DNA from: Mobula hypostoma
Lineage: Eukaryota
Reading direction: 5' to 3'
NCBI RefSeq assembly: GCF_963921235.1
Contig: NC_086108.1
Span: 54,190,001-54,254,000, forward strand
Length of the DNA: 64,000 nucleotides
The notes below the pieces were generated by a model. The model saw only the letters and a list, made by a program, of their open reading frames with translations. It did no database searches and was not told the origin of the DNA. Positions 14,451 through 27,034 of this stretch are shown piece by piece (position 1 is the first letter of the stretch; each line of letters opens with the position of its first letter). Both the position numbers and the translations under genes were made by a program.

Positions 14451-16115
14451 TTGAACACTGCCCATATTCCAAATGCTTTTTTAAAAAAAATCTCCTCTGC
14501 AAATTATTATTGAATGTCACCTGGAAGTTTTGATAGATATTATTAAGAGAAATTTCCAAATCTACTGTACTTGGATACTATCAAGAGAGATTTCACAACC
14601 TACAGTACTATTGATGTTTAAGGATTCAATAATCAGATGATAATAAATCTATGTTGATCTTGATATTTGAATGATTATCTGAGCACTCAGTCAATATGTT
14701 ATTTTAGAATCTAGCAGTTTCCTCATCAATGATATTAAACTTCTAGGGGTGTGATTGCCTGATTTCTCCTCCTTATTTTCAAATAGTGGAGTCGTGTTTT
14801 TAGCTTTCCAACATTGGAATTTTCAAATGTAGACAACTTTGCCAAAGTATTGCATGCCATCTTGGTGACAAAATTACGGTTACACTTGCAGGCTGCCCAG
14901 CACAATCCTCACTGATTTGATTTGACATGAGTAATGCATTTTACTATGTTTCAATATTTGGAAACATGACATGTGTCTAATAATGCCAATCATCTTCAAA
15001 CTTTCCTAGTGTGGCCTCAACGTTTCAGTAACTAAGATTCAGAATCATGAATTATTTACTGCCCTTCTCCCTTAAGGCAGAAGAATCTATAAATTCAGTC
15101 TTTGTTTAAAACTGGGAAGCATCAGTGTCAGCTGAGTTCATAAACACAAATCAGGGAAAAATCATTCACTGAATTGAGAACAGTTTCCCTCTCCACAGTT
15201 GTTGCCTGGCCTGCTGGGTACTTCCAGCATTTTCTGTTTTTTTGAAAATAACTAGGTTTTCAGCCTCTGCTTTTTCCTGTGCAAAGCATGATTCTGTTGC
15301 AGAAGCCATGTTATAATTTTAAAAGTTGAAATGTTGAGTTGTGAGGTTCACCACCTTGGTGCTACACATATAGGCCAGGGGGAAGGGTATTTGTCAGATT
15401 CCTATCAATTGCTGTTGAATTATAGCGTTGGATAAATACAGAAATAGCTCCATTATTATATTAGGTCTGAAATGGTAACTGTCCAGGCTCCGCATGTACT
15501 TGGATGAGGACCAGGCTCTAGCTTGCCAATATTCACAAGGTACATAGCAGCAAGATTTGGCAGGGAAGATGGGAAAAATTTTGAGAAAACAGCAAAATAG
15601 TTAAATTAAATTTGTAAAAGGAGTCTTGATTACTTCTGTTTTATACCTTAAGCCTTATAAATAATTTTTGCATTTTATACCAAAATCGGAATTTGGTTGT
15701 TCCACTTTGGCATTTTCTGAATCAATTTATGATCATTATCTGAGAAATGTTAAGTTTATTTCTTTCCAAACAAGTTCTCTCTGACTGAATTGGCAATTGA
15801 AATATCAAGCTGTTCAGCAAGTAAGAGTATCTAAGCTTGTATGATGATCGTTCAGTTTCCTGTATTACGATTTGGTCCACTGGTGGATTTGACTTATCGA
15901 TCACCGTAGTGAGGGTACGACAATCAGCCAAACCTCCCTTGGTATTAGAGGCAGGTGCTTCTGGTTGTTCCTTAATTGCCCGTGCATCAGTCCAAATACC
16001 TGGAGAATATCAAGGCAGTGGTCTGTGCCCATGGCCAACCTTCAGTCGTCATCTAGTGGAAGGAAATAGTTGTCTAGTGGAAAAAGACAAAGGTGCACTG
16101 TTAAAAAAGGCTGCT

Positions 16116-17478
16116 TAGAAAGAGGTGCAGTCGACGTTTCAGGCCGAGACCCTTCGTCAGGACTAACTGAAGGAAGAGTGAGTAAGGGATTTGAAAGTTG
16201 GAGGGGGAGGGGGAGATCCAAAATGATAGGAGAAGACAGGAGGGGGAGGGATAGAGCCGAGAGCTGGACCGGTGATAGGCAAAAGGGGATACAAGAGGAT
16301 CATGGGACAGGAGGTCCGGGAAGAAAGACGGGGGGGGGGGACCCAGAGGATGGGCAAGAGGTATATTCAGAGGGACAGAGGGAGAAAAAGGAGAGTGAGA
16401 GAAAGAATGTGTGCATAAAAATAAGTAACAGATGGGGTACGAGGGGGAGGTGGGGCCTTAGCGGAAGTTAGAGAAGTCAATGTTCATGCCATCAGGTTGG
16501 AGGCTACACAGACGGAATATAAGGTGTTGTTCCTCCAACCTGAGTGTGGCTTCATCTTTACAGTAGAGGAGGCCGTGGATAGACATGTCAGAATGGGAAT
16601 GGGATGTGGAATTAAAATGTGTGGCCACTGGGAGATCCTGCTTTCTCTGGCGGACAGAGCGTAGATGTTCAGCAAAGCGGTCTCCCAGTCTGTGTCGGGT
16701 CTCGCCAATATATAAAAGGCCACATCGGGAGCACCGGACGCAGTATATCACCCCAGTTGACTCACAGGTGAAGTGTTGCCTCACCTGGAAGGACTGTTTG
16801 GGGCCCTGAATGGTGGTAAGGGAGGAAGTGTAAGGGCATGTGTAGCACTTGTTCCACTTACATGGGTAAGTGCCAGGAGGGAGATCATTGGGGAGGGATG
16901 GGGGGGAACGAATGGACAAGGGAGTTGCGTAGGGAGCGATCCCTGTGGAATGCAGAGAGGGGGGGGAGGGAAAGATGTGCTTAGTGGTGGGATCCCGTTG
17001 GAGGTGGCGGAAGTTACGGAGAATAATATGTTGGACCCGGAGGCTGGTGGGGTGGTAGGTGAGGACCAGGGGAACCTTATTCCTAGTGGGGTGGTGGGAG
17101 GATGGAGTGAGAGCAGATGTACGTGAAATGGGGGAGATGCGTTTAAGAGCAGAGTTGATAGTGGAGGAAGGGAAGCCCCTTTCTTTAAAAAAGGAAGACA
17201 TCTCCCTCGTCCTAGAATGAAAAGCCTCATCCTGAGAGCAGATGCATCGGAGACAGAGGAATTGCGAGAAGGGGATGGCGTTTTTGCAAGAGACAAGGTG
17301 AGAAGAGGAATAGTCCAGATAGCTGTGAGAGTCAGTAGGTTTATAGTAGACATCAGTGGATAAACTATCTCCAGAGACAGAGACAGAAAGATCTAGAAAG
17401 GGGAGGGAGGTGTCGGAAATGGACCAGGTAAACTTGAGGGCAGGGTGAAAGTTGGAGGGAAAGTTAATAAAGTCAACA
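16116..17478 (-). mobile_element. Penelope-like element, inverted (left) arm: RT C-terminus, GIY-YIG endonuclease, partial pLTR
   Basis: ORF 16458-17201 contains GVIYCVRCSRCGLLYIGET...RLGDRFAEH...VATHFN...EQHLI (GIY-YIG). It is the reverse complement of the right arm. Confidence 0.92.
16128..16164 (-). ncRNA. Minimal type I hammerhead ribozyme, intact core, in Penelope pLTR
   Basis: Minus strand reads AGTC CTGACGA AGG-GTCTCGG-CCT GAAA CG TC GACTG: stem I AGUC/GACU, CUGANGA, stem II, GAAA, loopless palindromic helix III and a GUC cleavage triplet. Confidence 0.8.
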
Positions 17479-18742
17479 ATCTATGTTCCGTACCTATTCT
17501 GGTATCTGTCCCCCACTTTTCCTTCGCTACATCGACGACTGCATTGGCGCTGCTTCCTGCACGCATGCAGAACTCGTTGACTTTATTAACTTTTGGACTA
17601 TTCCTCTTCTCACCTTGTCTCTTGCAAAAACGCCATCCCCTTCTCGCAATTCCTCTGTCTCCGATGCATCTGCTCTCAGGATGAGGCTTTTCATTCTAGG
17701 ACGAGGGAGATGTCTTCCTTTTTTAAAGAAAGGGGCTTCCCTTCCTCCACTATCAACTCTGCTCTTAAACGCATCTCCCCCATTTCACATACATCTGCTC
17801 TCACTCCATCCTCCCGCCACCCCACTAGGAATAGGGTTCCCCTGGTCCTCATCTACCACCCCACCAGCCTCCGGGTCCAACATATTATTCTCCATAACTT
17901 CCGCCACCTCCAACGGGATCCCACCACTAAGCACGTCTTTCCCTCCCCCCCCCCGCATTCTGCAGGGATCGCTCCCTACACAACTCCCTTGTCCATTCGT
18001 CCCCCCCATCCCTCCCCAATGATCTCCCTCCTGGCACTTATCCGTGTAAGCGGAACAAGTGCTACACATGCCCTTACACTTCCTCCCTTACCACCATTCA
18101 GGGCCCCAAACAGTCCTTCCAGGTGAGGCAACACTTCACCTGTGAGTCGACTGGGGTGATATACTGCGTCCGGTGCTCCCGATGTGGCCTTTTATATATT
18201 GGCGAGACCCGACGCAGACTGGGAGACCGCTTTGATGAACATCTACGCTCTGTCCGCCAGAGAAAGCAGGATCTCCCAGTGGCCACACATTTTAATTCCA
18301 CATCCCATTCCCATTCTGACATGTCTATCCACGGCCTCCTCTACTGTAAAGATGAAGCCGCACTCAGGTTGGAGGAACAACATCTTATATTCCATCTGGG
18401 AAGCCTCCAACCTGATGGCATGAACATCGACTTCTCTAACTTCCGCTAAGGCCCCACCTCCCCCTCGTACCCCATCTGTTACTTATTTTTATGCACACAT
18501 TCTTTCTCTCACTCTCCTTTTTCTCCCTCTGTCCCTCTGATTGTACCTCTTGCCCATCCTCTGGGTCCCCCCCCCTGTCTTTCTTCCCGGACCTCCTGTC
18601 CCATGATCCTCTTGTATCCCCTTTTGCCTATCACCTGTCCAGCTCTTGGCTCCATCCCTCCCCTTCCTGTCTTCTCCTATCATTTTGGATCTCCCCCTCC
18701 CCCTCCCACTTTCAAATCTCTTACTAGCTCTTCTTTCAGTTC

Positions 18743-18778
18743 GTCCTGACGAAGGGCCCCGGCCCAAAATGTTGACTG
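18743..18778 (+). ncRNA. Degenerate hammerhead ribozyme copy
   Basis: GTC CTGACGA AGGGCCCCGGCCC AAAA TGTT GACTG; GAAA is mutated to AAAA. Confidence 0.55.
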
Positions 18779-19067
18779 TACCTCTTCCTATAGAAGCTGC
18801 CTGGCCTGCTGCGTTCACCAGCAACTTTGATGTGTGTTACATACCACAGGCAGTACATTACCGGGCACCTTCCGGGCTCCCCTCCCCCCTTCTCTCTCCC
18901 CAGGCTTCCTGTCCCATGATCCTCTCCCTTCTCCAGTCTGGTATCCCTCTTGCCAATCAAATTTCCAGCTCTTGGCTCCATCCCTCCTCCTCCTGTCTTC
19001 TCCTATCATTTCGGATCTCCCCCTCCCCCTCCCACTTTCAAATCTCTTACTAGCTCTTCTTTCAGTT

Positions 19068-19104
19068 AGTCCTGACGAAGGGCCCTGGCCCAAAATGTCG
19101 ACTG
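19068..19104 (+). ncRNA. Degenerate hammerhead ribozyme copy
   Basis: AGTC CTGACGA AGGGCCCTGGCCC AAAA TGTC GACTG; GAAA is mutated to AAAA. Confidence 0.55.
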
Positions 19105-19371
19105 TACCTCTTCCTATAGAAGGTGCCTGGCCTGCTGCGTTCACCAGCACTTTTTGTGTGTGTTGCTTGAATTTCCAGCACCTGCAGATTTCTTCGTGTC
19201 AAAATCAAGTTAATCTTGGTTTACCTTTAGAACAGACTTCTACCACACAATAAAAGTTTAGACGATCCAAAACAAGCTGGAAATAATAATTTAATTACAA
19301 CAGGCATTAAATTGTGCTTTAAATTTCTGATGCCCTTTGTTGTTGTCAAATGTGAGTTCTGATATTCAATG

Positions 19372-19443
19372 GTGTATGTAATGCCTGGTAATGTACTGTC
19401 TGGTAATGTACTGCCTGTGTATGTACTGCCTGGTAATGAACTG
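19372..19443. repeat. 15-bp minisatellite, ~4.8 copies (GGTAATGTACTGCCT)
   Basis: Tandem units read directly from the sequence. Confidence 0.8.
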
Positions 19444-20463
19444 AGATATACAAAGCAGAATTGCAGGCTGGCCTTTAGTTGGCATGAACCTCTGTCATCT
19501 CATCTGGGATTTCAACAGTACTATGGTTGTTCCAAAGATTTTTTTCACCTACAATCCAAATAGAATACTCATAGTTCAGTTTATTTTTGTTCTTGTGCAT
19601 TTTTCTGCATGCAGTTCTTGATCTTTTTTTTCACTCCAATTTTAAATGCTCAACTGTATCTTCATTTTCTGCAACAACTGGGCCAAGCAGTGTTTGTTGG
19701 GGGGAGATGGGGGAAGAGGAATTGTCATTGTTTTGGGTCGATGCCCTTCATTAGGCTGAGTTCTTGCAGAATGTTGCTCCAGATTCTTGCTTCTGCAGTC
19801 TCTTGTGTCTTCATTTATTCAGCTGGCAAAGATTTCATCTCTAAGCCCTTGAATTATCTCACTGAACCTTGTTGCTCTGCCACTCTCCAGGTAACTCTTG
19901 AATCATGTCACATCTCAGATGTCAGAGAACTCAGTAATATTTTCTTAATGAGTTGTTTTGCTATAAAAATGAAATTTATTATTTTTGTCAATACTTAGGC
20001 TGTTTTGAATGTCTACTTTGGTAGATGTTTTTTAAGTACACCTAGTAAAGGTAACTGATTGAAAATTTTAAAAGAATTTGAATAATTTATTGTGTTTTAC
20101 TGGTTCTAGATAGCTAAGTTATTAAATTTGAGTAATGTGATAGTTTATTGGTGGGTTTACAATCTTTCAAGTGAATAAAATGAAGTTTGTCATTTTATAT
20201 TTTGTTAGAATATTGAAGTCAATGACCCAAAAATTACAGTTAAAATCAACAGTAGGATATTGGGGCCATTAGAATAGAAGAAGAAAGGCTCAACTTGCGG
20301 AGTTGTTGAATATGAACTGAAAGCTCATGGCATTGATTCCCCACTCAACCTTCTGAAATCAGTAAACATGAGAACTCCAGGACTTCTCTCCCTTGGCAGA
20401 TTTGGAAGAAATCTGAAAGTATTCCCCTTTATTTCATGAGATGTTAATGAGATTTTAATGACA

Positions 20464-20879
20464 TGGGGCAAGGCAGAGTCATCTGCGTGCCCACTGTGCT
20501 CCAAGCGAGGAACCCTGCAGCACATCCTCAGCGGCTGTGCAAGGGCACTTGTTTCCCAGTGGAGGTTGGTTGTAGGGAATTCGTAGCCCGTTCCTTAGTT
20601 AGAGCCTTCAGCAATTTGGGCATCGAGGGAGAGAGGAAGAGGAGAGCCATCCGCAGTACCACCGATGCGGCAGAGAGGGCCTCAAGATGGCTGTGGCTCA
20701 AAAGAGGGGAGCCATGGAGTCATAAGTAGCTAGCCATCTGGACACAAGCTGGGGTCTGATCAGCCCTGGCTGGGTCACCTGGAGGAGGTTGTATGATGTT
20801 GAAAGACCCGAAACATCTGATGATTCCAGGAACATCACTGAAGATGTGTCCAGAAGCATCAATAGATGTATGTACACAG
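20464..20879 (+). mobile_element. HERO/R2-group (RLE-type) non-LTR retrotransposon 3' fragment with internal deletion
   Basis: WGKAESSACPLCSKRGTLQHILSGCARAL (CCHC knuckle) is joined out of frame to CFPVEVGCR...AAERASRWLWLKR*. Flanked by a 38-bp direct repeat. Confidence 0.78.
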
Positions 20880-22269
20880 CCTTTATTTCATGAGATGTTA
20901 ATGAGATTTTAATGACACTCATGTACTGAGTTAGCATTAAACCGGCATTCTGTGCCATGAAAACTAATCCTGTATTTCTGGAAAATTTGCAGATGAGTAT
21001 TTCAAATGCAATTAAAGTCATTTTTAATTGCTTGGTATTTTTTACATTGTGTATCAATTATTTCTGTGGTTTAAAATGTTTACAAAGTCAGTTTTTTTTT
21101 AAGTGTTTACAAGATTTGCTGGATCTGTGGGAGTCCTTGACTGTGGTTGGTGCTGTTCATTCTGCTTTATGATACCACTGTTCCTAGATGCCAGAGATTC
21201 TGTCAAGCTGATTCCAGACATAAAGATGAAATTCACACAAAATGTGCGATCTTTGTGGTCAGTGGTGAGTGCTGGATTTGGACCACAAAATCCAGATTAT
21301 TCACAGTATACGATGGTTAAACAATCTGGTCTCTTGCCCTGAACATTAAATTCTCATTGTGACAGCCACACTTTCCATGCAAGGTATTTACATTCGAAAT
21401 ACATTATTTCATCCCAGCTATATTTTTCCAAGATAGTTCATGCTTGACCTGATTCTCAGTTTCCCATAGCCTGTGCTTATTTATTTCCTCAGCTCATACA
21501 GAACACTGCAACTACTTTGACTTAAAAATGAGGTCAAAGCTATCCTTGGGGTGTGGTAAGATAACACAAGATATCAGGGCAATGTGGCCCTCGGCTCTCC
21601 AAACATTAGAATCAGAATCAGGTTTAATATCACCGGCATATGTCGTGAAATTTGCTAACTTAGTGGTAGCAGTAGAATGCAGTACATGATAATATAGGAG
21701 AAAAGTAAGTAAATTACAGTAAGTATATGCATATTAAATAGTTAAATTAAAAAATAATGCAAAAACAAATAGAAGTGAGATGGTGTTCATGGGTTCAGTG
21801 TCAATATTAGTTGAACATTGCGGCAGAAGGCAGGGAGAAGTTTTTAGCACAACTGTGTTTCATCGTTGCACTTTGAAGTCCTAGCACAGTCCCTCAGGGT
21901 CAACTTTCACTTCAGTTATGTGGGTTCTAAGGCCAGTGTGGCAGCTGCAAACCCTGCCACAGGTGTGCCAGGAGATGGGCAGTGGTGTGAATTGGCATGC
22001 TCTTCCCCCCCCCCCCCACCAATTGCAACGTTGTTGTGTATCATTCTGAGCTAGGAACTCAAGGTTCTCAGTTTGATCCTAACTAAATACTCTTTCTCTG
22101 CACTGAGTGGTCATGGGGATCCCTGGATTGATGCAGATGTTCAAAGTAATCCTGGAAACATCTCCTCTGTCCACCTAGTTGTATCTTCCTGCGACAAAGT
22201 TGCAAACTGTTTCCATTTTAAGAGGTTAGATTTGGGTGCGTGAATGGCGAGACTTGCGGAATTGGAGTT

Positions 22270-22522
22270 GATCATGTATTCCCATAACCAATGATCTCAC
22301 TTTAAGGACTCTTTATCTCATCATCTCATGTTCTTGTTATTTATTGCTATTTAATTATATTTGCATTTGCACAGTTTGTTGGCTCCTACACTCTGGTTGA
22401 TCCCTCATTGATACTGTTATAGTTACTGTTCTATAGAATTGCTGAGTATGCCCACAGGAAAATGAATCTCAGGGTTGTACATAGTAACATGTACATTGAA
22501 AATAAAATTTACTTAGAACTTT
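22270..22522 (+). mobile_element. Rex1-tailed repeat 3' end
   Basis: cccacaggaaaatgaatctcagggttgtac...aataaaatttacttagaac tail, shared with the 1355 copy in opposite orientation. Confidence 0.55.
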
Positions 22523-23259
22523 TTAATAAGGACTTCATTTCTGGGATATTGGCCTGGGGGAGGACGCTGAAGTTAGGTCATTTATCCAGTAGAGAACACC
22601 AAGGATTTTGCAGAGACAATTTTGGTGATGTCTCCCCAGTACACAGAGGTTCCTGCTGCAGGTAGCCTATGTCACAGGAGCAAGGAATCATTACTGCCTC
22701 GTCAGCCCCTAGTCTTGTGCCAAGTTTGAGATCAAAGTGACTTCTTCTGATGCCCTGAAGCTTTGCCGGTAATAGGAGAGGTGGTGAACTTCAGCTTTCA
22801 CTGAAATGTGTCTCCCAAGATGTGAGAGATGGTGAACTATTTCCCCAGTTTTCTGTCATCAGGGGGGCAGTGTTGTGCAGCCATTAGCTAATTATCAAGA
22901 AAAGTAATAAATCCAGCTGTGGTAACAACAGAGAAGTCTCCAGGTGTTTGGCAGAGAGATAGTTATTTCTAGGTTCTGAATTCTAATGCACATTCTGTCC
23001 ATCAACAAGCAGTCGACAAGACCTTCACTATAAGAATACATGCAGAAATTCAAGGAGCAGCAGCAACTACGACACGTGGCCTTTTCTGACCTCACTCATC
23101 GATTGCTCATACTCTGGAGAGTCGTCCACAGACTTCAGCTGCTATCGAAATTTATCTCCATCTCTGATGTATAGAAGGATGTTGGTGTGCAAGTCCATAG
23201 TTCTCTGGATGTGTCAACACAAGTAAATAGGGTGGTAATATGGCATAGTTGCATAGTGC

Positions 23260-24128
23260 TGTCACGTGACCAGCAACAATGAATATAGAAATGAGTCAGG
23301 TTTTATAAACAAAAAAACATTTATTAAACTCTGCTCAAAATTAGTAAAAAGATAAACAAACGAAAACCTTCACTGGAAGTAAACTGCTATGCAGCCATTT
23401 AACAAATTCAGTACTAGTTCTTAAAGCAGTAAATGCGAACACAGTCTTAAAGTGGTAAATTAGAACACAGTTCTTAGAATGGTAAATTTGAAAGTCCAAG
23501 AGATTTATACAGTCAATTAGGAGGAATTTTCCTGAAGTAAAGAATTCCTCAAAGACTCGACGTTACTGTCAATCCCAGCCGGCATCTGCCTTGTCCGCAG
23601 GACTCACAACGACTGAAATACAACGATTTAAAAAAACCTTTTTCCTCCGTAGACTAGATACTGCACAACCTTTTCTGCTGCTTTTAGCAGAGGTTATCTC
23701 ATACAGATCACTCTTACTTGAACGAATTCAATAATGGTCGATCCTCTCCAAAACTGCTGAATGACTCCTTCAGGTTTCTGTCTTCACTCTCCAATACTAC
23801 TGAAAAGATACATCAACAAACCTGGCAGCGATTGGTGAAACTACCGGCCCAACACTTCTGTACCTTACAATAGCAAGTAAAACTCCGTTTTAAAATGAAA
23901 CTGCGTCATAAAAAAATATGCAGCAATACGGAGTAACTGACGAACTAAACTTAAAACTCAACTGGGAAAACTAACTGCGTCACCAGGGGTCTACCCTTAT
24001 ATATACCTGTTGAGAACAGGTCATCACGTGACCTCACATCAGCGGGAAAATTTACATCATGTGACCTCCGCAAGACCATTACATCATCCTCAAAAGACAG
24101 TCACAAGATATCCATGAAGTATGTGACA
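23260..24128 (-). mobile_element. Solo LTR (869 bp), 4-bp TSD GTGC
   Basis: Termini TGTCAC...GTGACA; GTGC at 23256-23259 and 24129-24132. Minus-strand TATA (~24000) and AATAAA (~23320). Confidence 0.85.
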
Positions 24129-25721
24129 GTGCAGTTTATTTTGCACTTTAAATCAGAATTATGGTCACCAAAGATATTGTAGGCTGAAAGATGTGCTCCA
24201 CTATTCTCTATACTATGTTAATTTGCTTCACATTGCCATGCAAACCATAATCGTAATCCCTAGGTCCACAATTAATCCCAACTCAGTGCAGACCAGTACA
24301 ACACAGAGAAACTGAAATTAATAGGACTTGAGAAATATGAGATACTTTGTTCCTTTGGTTTGGCCTGCAGATCTTGCTGACCAAGGAAAATACATGGGCT
24401 GTGAGTGTTGGGTGTTAATGATAGGAAATATGTAGGGGGAAAAGTACATTTTTGTGTGGAAGTAATTGATGTAAAATTCCAAATTCACATCTGGTGTTAA
24501 AAAATAGTTTAAAATCCTGGATGAAATGGTGTTTTTTTTTAAATAACTAGGCAAGATAAAGTTAACTAAACCAAAATTAATAGTCAACCACATTTGTGGG
24601 TCAGGAGATGCACATTGGGTAGTGATAGTCATTGTCACTAAGACCAGCATTTTAATTTCAGAGTTATTGAATTTAATAACAAGGTTACGTATAAGGATGA
24701 GCAACATGATCAAAGTTCTAAGTTTTGAAGTCTGAAGGAGGACAGAGAAATGTGAAATTCAGGGAGAGAATTTTGCATCCTAGAGCCTCTGCACCTGAAG
24801 TCACTCTCACCTGTTGGAATGTTTGTAATTGGCCATTCATAAGTGGGAGGCAATAACCATCTCAAGGGTGTAGAGTTAGAGGACGTGAATGTTATCAAGG
24901 GTAGATGTATCACGGGATGCCTTGGATGTCACTAGACCAACTAATTTGTCAGGGAATTTTGCATTTATAGATCATCACTTAAATTTGTATCGCCAGCAAA
25001 GCTTTAAGTAACTTGACGTGAATGTAAGTTCTTTTTATTTACTTATTATTTCACAGTTTCATAATGAAAAGTTTTAAAATATTAATATTCTGCAAAATGG
25101 TAAATTGAATAATGAGCAATGTGGTTACAAACTACACAGTCCTAATGAGGTGATTTGGAACCATTGCAAAATTCTTTAATTAGTACTTAACACAAGGAAA
25201 TAAAATACCATTAATATATCATTATCTAGTTACTATCCAAGGACCTCTGTTGGAAAGTATGAACCTAGCTTGATGCTAGGAATGGTTTTTAATTTTTTAC
25301 CATGTCCTCTGATCAAACGATTGTTCAACACTACATTGACTTGATTTTTCTCTGCTGCTTTTTTTGAGTGCATGGCAAAAAAGGGAGATTTAAAAAAAAA
25401 AGGCTGAGATCTACAATTAAGTATAATTTTATAATGGAAATGGAAGAAGAGTGATCTGGACATAAACCCTGCCTTACTTTATATTGGGTCCATTTCTAGT
25501 TTGCTGGAGAAGATGGCCCTCGAATTGTTTTCTAGCTATTTTAAAGGGAACTTGCAGGAATCTCCATCAACACATTGAAATGTAGATCACCTATTTCCAT
25601 AGCCATCCAGAAGTAAAGGCTACAGGGAGAAGGCAGGAGAATGGATTTGAGATGGGTTGAACAGCTTAATAATGCTCCTATGTCTTATGGTCTTTCCAGC
25701 CTGATGAAGGGCCTTGGTCAG

Positions 25722-26027
25722 TGTCACGTACCCCGTGACGGGGATAAAGAACCAGCAGAAATAGAGAACACTTTGGAGTCCAGTATTGCTATAAACTACT
25801 AATATTTATTAGTAACTATGCAATACAGTAATATAAATGTAGATAAATCAAACAGGTTAGCAATGATTATATATAAAAGTAAGTGTGGAATATATATGTA
25901 TGAAAACCAAGCTTCTTTAAGTCTAGGGGTAAAATGATACAGTCTTACGATGTTGAGTAAAGTTCAGTTCAGCTCGTGGTATTTAGTTGAGTAGTGATGG
26001 GGAAAGAGAGAGGGGGAGGGGGAGGGA

Positions 26028-26072
<45 letters not shown>

Positions 26073-26626
26073 TCAAGTCCTCAGGTGAGCTAATGCCATC
26101 GATCTTCTCGTCGTCCTCCGAAATCCTTTACAAGTCACTGGCTGTGACTTTAACCAGGGGGACCGGTTTTCCGGTGCTGGAGCTATCACCCCGGCAAGGG
26201 TGGACACATAGACAACTCCCCACCAGTCAACCCCTTCTTCAGCGGTGGAATAGCAATTTGGATCGATCCGCCTGATCGATCCTCTGAAACCCACTTTCTC
26301 TGCGGGCACAACAATGCTCATTCAGTGTCCGGATCATGTGTCTGAGGTCTGTATCATCTGACCTATTTAATTCTCTGTGCTGAGCATCACCTGTCATTCA
26401 AAGAGTCCCTCCTTCATCTGTAAAGGAAATGCACAAGCAGGCAACAAGTCCTTGAAGAAATATCAACAACCTGCTGAAAATCATAACATCGAGTGTCCAC
26501 TAAATAACACTGCCTTCGGTCACCATAGCAACTTTTGAGCTGCTCTGTGCTGTCTCCAACTCCAAACTCAGTAAAAATCCAAAGTTACTTCCAATGCCTT
26601 AAAGTGACAGTCCAACCATTAATCTT

Positions 26627-26660
<34 letters not shown>

Positions 26661-26776
26661 CAAAAGCAACATATTGGTGGTAAATAACTCTGTCTCTCTC
26701 TCCTTTCTAAACAAACCATCAATGATAAATGTGTCCCTCCAAACAGTTAAAAGGGGCACTCCTGGATCCCCTCACA
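25722..26776 (-). mobile_element. Solo LTR (1055 bp), 5-bp TSD GTCAG; contains (GA)n and (TC)n microsatellites
   Basis: TG...CA termini; GTCAG at 25717-25721 and 26777-26781. The left end resembles the reverse complement of the 47800-48660 LTR end. Confidence 0.85.
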
Positions 26777-27034
26777 GTCAGAAACACCCATTGTGCATTC
26801 TCCTCAGCAGCTTCCTCACTTGCTGAGTTCTTCCAGCATTTTGTGTGTGTTGCTAAAGGCTTCCTGCATCTGCAGAATTTCTTGTTGTTATTAAATTGAG
26901 GAGCAGAGTTGAGGGGCTGACTGTTTACTGCTCCTGATCCGCTATTGCAACTATACCTTGAAAGTTTATTACATCACCATTGCTGGATATGAGCTTCGGC
27001 ATTCCTGAACCAACAGCATTGTAGGAGTATCTTC

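Larger units (their letters stand above)
17479..19199 (+). mobile_element. Penelope-like element, right arm: 5'-truncated RT (FLRYIDDC), GIY-YIG, tandemly duplicated 3' pLTR
   Basis: RYIDD RT motif at ~17525-17539; GIY-YIG ORF ends at 18449. The 3' repeat is present twice (to ~18836 and ~18900-19199). Frameshifted, with an internal deletion near 17592. Confidence 0.92.

Noticed and set aside
19372..19443. Short repeat array as a possible CRISPR
   Set aside because: Contiguous 15-bp units with no unique spacers, in eukaryotic DNA with no cas genes.
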